Shown piece by piece: positions 58,241 to 64,000 of a DNA stretch of 64,000 bases (the first letter of the stretch is position 1; the number at the start of each line of letters is the position of its first letter). This stretch comes from Candidatus Hydrogenedentota bacterium (GTDB taxonomy: Bacteria; Hydrogenedentota; Hydrogenedentia; Hydrogenedentales; SLHB01). The stretch spans positions 149,791-213,790 of the forward strand of contig CAXXTH010000022.1 in the NCBI GenBank assembly GCA_963668025.2. Direction: 5' to 3'. Made by a program: the position numbers and the translations under genes. Below the pieces are notes generated by a model that did no database searches, had not been told where the DNA came from, and was given only the letters and a program-made list of their open reading frames with translations.

Positions 58241-60817
58241 CTAGTTGCGTTTGTTTTTGGCCACACCCGCAATAAGGCTGATAGCCGCTAATGCAGCAAG
58301 CCCAATGAATCCCGCTACAGGCAAGACAAGCGGCGGCACTACCGTGAGTTCGAATTCATCTGTAGTAACCGTTTGGGAGCCGTTGTTATATTGGCAAGTA
58401 TACGTGCCTGCATCAGCATCCGTAATAGGCTCGAATACCAGCGTTTGAGAAGTGGCGCCGTCGATCAGCACGCCGTCTTTGTACCACTGATAATCAGTTC
58501 CTTCCGGCGCGGCCAGAATCATCGAACTGCCGGATGTTCCCACGCCGCCTTCGGGATCGGACGTAATCGTTCCACCAGAAACCGCCGGCTCGTAATTGGG
58601 ATCGTCTGTTATGGCTATCCAATCGATACGGGTCGTGGCATTCGCCCAATCTGGGTATTGGTCCGCTCGCGGCAGGTTGATCACGATTCGGTTGCCCATG
58701 CCCGAATAGGACGCATATGTCGAGAGATCGTAACGCAGGACATAGGTTCCGTCTCCCGTTATTTTTGCCGAGTCAATTTCAGTCATGGTTTCAGGCGATA
58801 CGCGCCGCAAGTACGTGCGAACAATGAATCCGTCGTCAGACGGCACATATCCCTGCACGGTGAACTTCATGGAGAAGTATTTGAACTGGTCCATATTCCA
58901 GCTTGCACTGGAATTATCGATCTCCGAGGAATAGTCGGTATCGCGTGTGGAATAATCATAGGCAACCACCATTTCGCCCGTGCCCGCATCGTGGGTCAAA
59001 GTAACGGGACAGGCTGCGTAGCCGCTTGCGAAATTCGCCACATCAGACGCTTCATCGAATGTATAAATAAGCCCGTGGTTTTCACCGCCACCCCCGCCTT
59101 CATCGCCAAGCGGCACATAGTCCGGTTGATTCGATAAGGTGAAGTAATCGATGTCTAGTGTAATGTTTTGGGCGATGAAATAGGGTATTTCCCAGAAGTA
59201 GAGTATGGGGCGGTTCATCGTACCCAATTCAGTCCAGTTATTGTGTGCGCCGTCGTGTTCAACCTCCCGGAAACTTACCCCATTGTCACTAAGGGCATAG
59301 AAGACATCGTTCTGTAAGTCGATATAGAATTTATTCGTACCTTCCATGACATTGATCCAGTAATGGCTCCCTTGATCGGCGACGGTATCCCATAAACGCA
59401 TGCGGACCCGGTATTTCTGCCCTTCGGGAAGGCCCGTAATATCGAATTTTCCGCTTAGATACCGATAAACCGAGGTATCTAGAGCAGGAGATATGTTGCC
59501 GCCCGTCTGGACGCGCATGATGGTAGCGGGGCCGCCATAGTTATTAACAACAAGCTTGTCGCTGTTATCCCAACTAGTCACGGCCTCATCGGATTTCCAT
59601 CGCTTGCAGGAGGCGCCACTCATGGTATCGATGAAGCTGCTTGCCGAAGGCGTTCCCGGAGTATCTTCGGTATATGTGGGATTATCCGTCATCGCAATCC
59701 AGTCAAATGACCATGTGGCGTTTTTGTACGCGTTGCCATCATCGGCAAGCGGGATATACACCCTCATGTTGCCAACAATGCCAATAGTATCCATCCCAGA
59801 CACAGAGGAAAGGTCTAGTTGCACCAACTGCGTGGAGTTCGGCGTTATACTAAACGGAACCTGAATGGTGGAATCGCCTAGCAGCTCCAGAGCGCATAGA
59901 ATCGAGGTTATGCTTGCATCAACACCTGCAGTCGTAACACTCATTGAGAAATATTGAACACCTGTCCAGAAAGGATCAAAGTCCGGCCGGGGCGGATCAT
60001 CCAGGATAAGGCGCATTTGCGTGGCGGAAACATCCACCGCGTCCACTTCCGGAGTGATCAGCATGGTGTCGCTGCCATCCCACGCCAAGTCGATAGGGGT
60101 TTCGCCACCGTCTTCCCAGTCCGCAGTCTGATCGGTATTAAATGTATACTCCCACACGTGTGGCACACTATCGGGAGATGGGGCAAGCACCGTGCCGGTG
60201 GCTTCCTCACCAGCGGGTACATAAGCGGCATCATCCGTGACGGCTATCCAATCCACCTTGATCGTTACGGGCTGCCACGAAGCCCATGGGTTTTCCGTAA
60301 ACGGCAGCGAGATAATCACGCGATTCAAGTTGCCTGTATAATTACCTGCCCCCTTGCTCCGGCCGTCCGATGTAAGGGTGCTAAGGTCGATACGAACGAC
60401 ATAATCTCCATTTACCAGCGGAATCTCATCAATATATGCATGGCTCCACTGGTCGGCCGTATTGCGCATCGCCAGATTCATTTCATAATTTACGGGCGTT
60501 TCAGGTGCGCCCGTGATCGTAAAGCGCATGGCGAATTGCGTGGCGTCTGGCGCGATCCAATTGCCTACAAGCATGGCATCGCTCGTTTCAAAACCACCGG
60601 AGAAGGGATCTGCCCCTCCATCGTTCGTATACACGATATCCATCGTACCGTTGACGGCGTCATGGGTGTTCGTTAGTGTGACATTATCCCGGCCCCATAT
60701 GCTGACTTCTGAAGCGTCACTAAAGGTCAACTCGGCATATGTGGTTGCATGCGCCTGCCACCCCAGCAGGCCAATGAGCGCAACCAGAAACAGCTTCCCC
60801 ACGTTTCTACACATCAA
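58241..60817 (-). CDS. Secreted non-catalytic surface protein: four tandem CBM-like domains, an Ig domain and a C-terminal sorting tail
   Basis: Repeats of about 190 aa ending DWIAVTDD, DWIAMTDN, DYFTLSNQ, DWIAITDD; Ig YQWYKDG..DAGTYTC; tail LPVAGFIGLAALAAISLIAGVAKNKRN. Confidence 0.8.
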   Translation of the reverse strand: MMCRNVGKLFLVALIGLLGWQAHATTYAELTFSDASEVSIWGRDNVTLTNTHDAVNGTMDIVYTNDGGADPFSGGFETSDAMLVGNWIAPDATQFAMRFTITGAPETPVNYEMNLAMRNTADQWSHAYIDEIPLVNGDYVVRIDLSTLTSDGRSKGAGNYTGNLNRVIISLPFTENPWASWQPVTIKVDWIAVTDDAAYVPAGEEATGTVLAPSPDSVPHVWEYTFNTDQTADWEDGGETPIDLAWDGSDTMLITPEVDAVDVSATQMRLILDDPPRPDFDPFWTGVQYFSMSVTTAGVDASITSILCALELLGDSTIQVPFSITPNSTQLVQLDLSSVSGMDTIGIVGNMRVYIPLADDGNAYKNATWSFDWIAMTDNPTYTEDTPGTPSASSFIDTMSGASCKRWKSDEAVTSWDNSDKLVVNNYGGPATIMRVQTGGNISPALDTSVYRYLSGKFDITGLPEGQKYRVRMRLWDTVADQGSHYWINVMEGTNKFYIDLQNDVFYALSDNGVSFREVEHDGAHNNWTELGTMNRPILYFWEIPYFIAQNITLDIDYFTLSNQPDYVPLGDEGGGGGENHGLIYTFDEASDVANFASGYAACPVTLTHDAGTGEMVVAYDYSTRDTDYSSEIDNSSASWNMDQFKYFSMKFTVQGYVPSDDGFIVRTYLRRVSPETMTEIDSAKITGDGTYVLRYDLSTYASYSGMGNRIVINLPRADQYPDWANATTRIDWIAITDDPNYEPAVSGGTITSDPEGGVGTSGSSMILAAPEGTDYQWYKDGVLIDGATSQTLVFEPITDADAGTYTCQYNNGSQTVTTDEFELTVVPPLVLPVAGFIGLAALAAISLIAGVAKNKRN

Positions 60818-60936
60818 ACAATCCTCCTTTACATCCCTCTTTCGTTACCCAACGGTTGAAACATCTGTTGTTCATTTGGCAGTGTGAATACTAAACATGA
60901 ATAGAATTAATATTTATATGCTTAAATAGATTTAAA

Positions 60937-62040
60937 TCAGCCAGCTCCACCGAGGAAAAAGGCGTCCTTTGACCAGCCCTTACCCCAATTGGTGCCGCTG
61001 GAATTGGAGGGTTCATTCCAGATCGGATGTTTTGTGCTGTACCGGACGTATTCCACGTGGCCATCCAGATACAGCACATTGGAGCCGCCAGGAAGATGAT
61101 TAAACACGGTGCCTGCTTGAGAAGTATCGAATCCATCCGCGGCGCGTTCAGACGCGGGATCACCCCACGCATCCCACATCACCGGAATGGTGCTTTGCCC
61201 AATCGAGCCGGAAGCCGGATTATTGATATCGGTGATGAAGAAGCGCTCGATGCCTTCTTTGAGCCGATGAATGGTGCTCGGAGTGGGCGTGTCATCCATT
61301 TCCGTGGGCCAAGTGCGCCCAATACTGTCTGAAATGCTCTTGGTCAGATCAACACGGCCCACGGCCCCCATGCAGACGGACACCTTGGTGAAGGAAGAAG
61401 GGCACCCCACCAGCGCCATATCATTTGCAGTGAAGTCGATATTGCCCCATCCGCCTGGCGAAGCGCCGTAATACGCGCCAATGCCCGCCCAGGTGTACAC
61501 CAGCGAGAGTTGTGTCGTGGAGGTTGTGGCCCAAGCGGAATAGAGATACGAATAGGGCCACGAAAGGACTGTATTCATGCAAGCGTTTTTCGAGGTAATG
61601 CCGCTCCGTTTGGGCCCATCCCCTTTTTGGCCCAGCTCACTCATGTAAGCCGCTAGATCTGCTTCCGGAAGGCCAGGCATGGGCTTTCCGCCCCAGCGGG
61701 TAACATGCCACGTCGCATTCACTCGAGGATCCGATGGGCAGATTATGATAGTCGGATCATTCCAATAATCCGGATAGAGCGCTTCGGAGTCAAAGCTCAA
61801 CAGAAAATCAAAGCTGGAAGGCAAATGATAATTTCCTGGGGGAAACTCACCTTTGTTTTCGTTGGCATACATCTTAAAGATAATGCCGAACTGCTTGAGA
61901 TTGCTTGAACATGAGGCGCGCCTTGCCGCCTCCCGTGCTCGCGCTAGAGCGGGCAACAAAATGGCCGCCAGTATTGCAATGATGGCAATGACCACAAGCA
62001 GCTCGATGAGCGTAAAACCATGCCGTTTCTTTTTTCGCAT
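60937..62040 (-). CDS. Prepilin-type DUF1559 + H-X9-DG protein
   Basis: [17 protein letters not shown].., [36 protein letters not shown]; GAAGGAG RBS before the ATG at 62040. Confidence 0.95.
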   Translation of the reverse strand: MRKKKRHGFTLIELLVVIAIIAILAAILLPALARAREAARRASCSSNLKQFGIIFKMYANENKGEFPPGNYHLPSSFDFLLSFDSEALYPDYWNDPTIIICPSDPRVNATWHVTRWGGKPMPGLPEADLAAYMSELGQKGDGPKRSGITSKNACMNTVLSWPYSYLYSAWATTSTTQLSLVYTWAGIGAYYGASPGGWGNIDFTANDMALVGCPSSFTKVSVCMGAVGRVDLTKSISDSIGRTWPTEMDDTPTPSTIHRLKEGIERFFITDINNPASGSIGQSTIPVMWDAWGDPASERAADGFDTSQAGTVFNHLPGGSNVLYLDGHVEYVRYSTKHPIWNEPSNSSGTNWGKGWSKDAFFLGGAG

Positions 62041-62173
62041 TGGTGAATCTCCTTCAAGTTTGAATGATTTCAAATTCTACGTGAACCATCCCCACGGCAG
62101 CATGCATCGTGTATCTACGTGAAGCCCTTTCACCCTCTTCAAGGGCATTGTAAGACATACGTGTTTCAATTTC

Positions 62174-62202
62174 TTTATATATTATTTCACGGAAATTGTC
62201 AA
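62174..62202 (-). promoter_or_regulatory. Sigma70-type promoter of the DUF1559/surface-protein unit
   Basis: Minus strand TTGACA-17 nt-TATAAA. Confidence 0.6.
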
Positions 62203-62537
62203 GCACTTCTTATGCTTTTCACGTTTTGCGCGAATCATCCCGTTTTACATATACTCGCGCCGAGCCTCGTTCCGATCGGGTTTTCATAGACTAAATACAA
62301 GGAATATAGCAATGAAATAGCTTATTTATCACCCTTGAGCTACAAGTCCATGCCCGTGTGCGACCATAGCGGCCCTGCGCCCATATGCCCGAGAGGACGG
62401 CTAGGCAGTCTATGGGATGTATTCAATTTTTGCTATACGTATATCATTGCAGGATGCACAAAAACTCTTGATTCGATGCCAAGCAGCCCCCTTCCTACAG
62501 CCACAAAACAATATCTGATGCTTTACCCTTGAAAATC

Positions 62538-63642
62538 CTACTCCATATTGAGCGCATCTCGCATAGCTAGGAAATTCTCGAGCGGCACCGTATCGAGCAA
62601 CACGCTCGATGAACCCACCAGTATCCTTCCCTCTGCATCATCAATGATTCTATGCACTTCATCCCGTATCTGGCTGGGAGCACCATAGGGCAGCAATTGC
62701 GATATGTCTATTCCGCCTGATAACACCAATTGGGGCTGGCGCTGGTGGATCTCTCGGACGAAGCATTTTGTTTTTTCGATTGGATTCAAGATATCGATGC
62801 CTGCCCCGCCTAATCCGTCGATTAATAACTCCAGATCGCCATCCGTATGGAACGCGACATAGATCCCGGCGGCATGAGCCGCGTCGCAAAATCGCCGTAG
62901 GCGGGGATAGTATTCGCGTTCAAAGAAATCCGGACTTAAAAACGGCCCTGTCTTAAATGCCAAGTCGTCGGCGACAAACACAGCAAGGGGCTTGGTTTTC
63001 AACTCTGCAAGGAAGCCAAAAAACTGCTATTGACTTCTGAAACTGCCGCTCAAGGAGTTCCGTGAACAATTCAGGAGCTTGGTAAAGCCACGAACAGAAT
63101 GTCTCAAATCCGATTTCTTCATACAAATCCGTCAGGAAATAGCCTTGCAGCGACCGGGAACAGACCCCGAATTGGCGCTTATCATGAACGCCAAAAGACC
63201 ACAGGAAAAAGATGCCACTAAAGTATTCGGCCTCACACCGTGCGTATTCCGAAATGAGCGCCTGGACTTCCTTTTTTTCGATTTCCGACAAGATGGGCTC
63301 GTTTAAAGAAGCCGTTTTTTCTTTTTCATAATGGGAAAAACCATCATATCGCTTGGGCTCCGCCCAACGCATCCAGCGTTCATACCGCACCTTTCGGCCA
63401 TCTGGAAGCGTGTCCAAAGCGGGCGGCACGGGAAGCTTGGGAAGCATCCGGGTGGCATCCACCGCCCGCGCATGGGCAAGGCGCACCACATGAGGCGCAT
63501 TATCATAGGTGAGCTTCTCTCCCGCGAAATATTCGATTACCGCGTCATTGCGGATAGTTTCAAAGAGAGGCTGCTTATCAACAGGACGGCCTTCTAGTAT
63601 ATTCAAGACGCGCTGCTTGCCGGTCAAACAAGTATTCAACAC
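62538..63642 (-). CDS. Uroporphyrinogen decarboxylase/MtaA-CmuA family protein, +1 frameshift in the A6 run at 63018-63023
   Basis: ORF 62953-63642 (TGKQRV..LEGRPVD.., GFETF..LY..PE) joins ORF 62538-63002 (ADDLAFKTGPFLSP, FHTDG, LNPIE, GGID) on removal of one base. Confidence 0.8.
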
Positions 63643-63666
63643 TAGCTTATCTCCCCATGCCGCTAC

Positions 63667-64000
63667 TTAATACCACCTTTTTTTTGTCCAGACTTCATGC
63701 ATGATGTCATAACTGGCCAGAGGCATCTCCCGGAAAATGGTGTTGGAGGTGCTGAATAAATACCCGCCTAACGGCTTGGCCCATTCCATGCAGTATTCCG
63801 CGCTCTCCCGAATCTGTTCTGGCGTTCCGGTCTGCATATAGTCACAACGCACATTGCCGCATAAAGCGATTTTTGTCCCATACGCATTCTTAATCATGCG
63901 AATATCCATGCCCGCCATGGGATCAAGCGAATGGAGGGCATGCGGCTTTGCGTCGATTAGAAATTCCATGAGCGGCAATATATTTCCGTCTGTATGCTTG
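63667..64000 (-). CDS. C-terminal part of a second URO-D/MtaA family protein (5' end outside the window)
   Basis: KHTDGNI, LHSLDPMAGMDI..K..YG.KIALCGNV, GTPEQI, GGYLFSTSN. Confidence 0.85.
   Translation of the reverse strand, partial: KHTDGNILPLMEFLIDAKPHALHSLDPMAGMDIRMIKNAYGTKIALCGNVRCDYMQTGTPEQIRESAEYCMEWAKPLGGYLFSTSNTIFREMPLASYDIMHEVWTKKRWY

Noticed and set aside
1-64000. CRISPR array, tRNA, rRNA or riboswitch
   Set aside because: No regularly spaced repeat-spacer array or recognisable structural RNA by eye. A covariance-model search was not possible, so small RNAs may have been missed.

Overview
64 kb bacterial chromosome segment, diderm (lpxK present). The DUF1559 pilin-like family with an 'ITDINNP' signature and the C-terminal sorting tails suggest Ca. 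Hydrogenedentes or a PVC-like lineage; this is recalled from family knowledge, not a database result. The left half (1-29.2 kb) is mostly housekeeping: beta-CASP nuclease, dprA, lpxK, serC, lysR, purM-purL-purQ, short-type valS, HU/IHF, tsaB, rimI and ferritin, plus two ECF sigma loci, an IS3 remnant and a complete group IIC intron (26694-28585). The right half (29.5-64 kb) is a large glycan-utilisation island, more AT-rich by eye in parts. It holds GH2, four tandem paralogs of an unclassified GH-A-like hydrolase, a sugar ABC importer, GH78, a 3-epimerase, a PocR/AraC regulator, an aminotransferase, an enolase-family dehydratase and URO-D-like proteins. Best candidate for an undescribed system: a module seen three times, in which 1-2 DUF1559 pilin-like genes (conserved scaffold, variable middle) are directly followed by a non-catalytic surface protein ending in a shared [LA]P[AV]A[GS]-TM-basic sorting tail; this may be a pilus-based analogue of SusCD/SusEF polysaccharide loci. 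Other points: an ECF-sigma/anti-sigma/DUF1559 triple fusion missed by the ORF track, a 39-aa antisense gene inside the pur operon, a LysR box upstream of purM and a 306-bp MITE-like element. Three +1 frameshifts in homopolymers suggest long-read assembly errors. No tRNA, rRNA or CRISPR array was seen.
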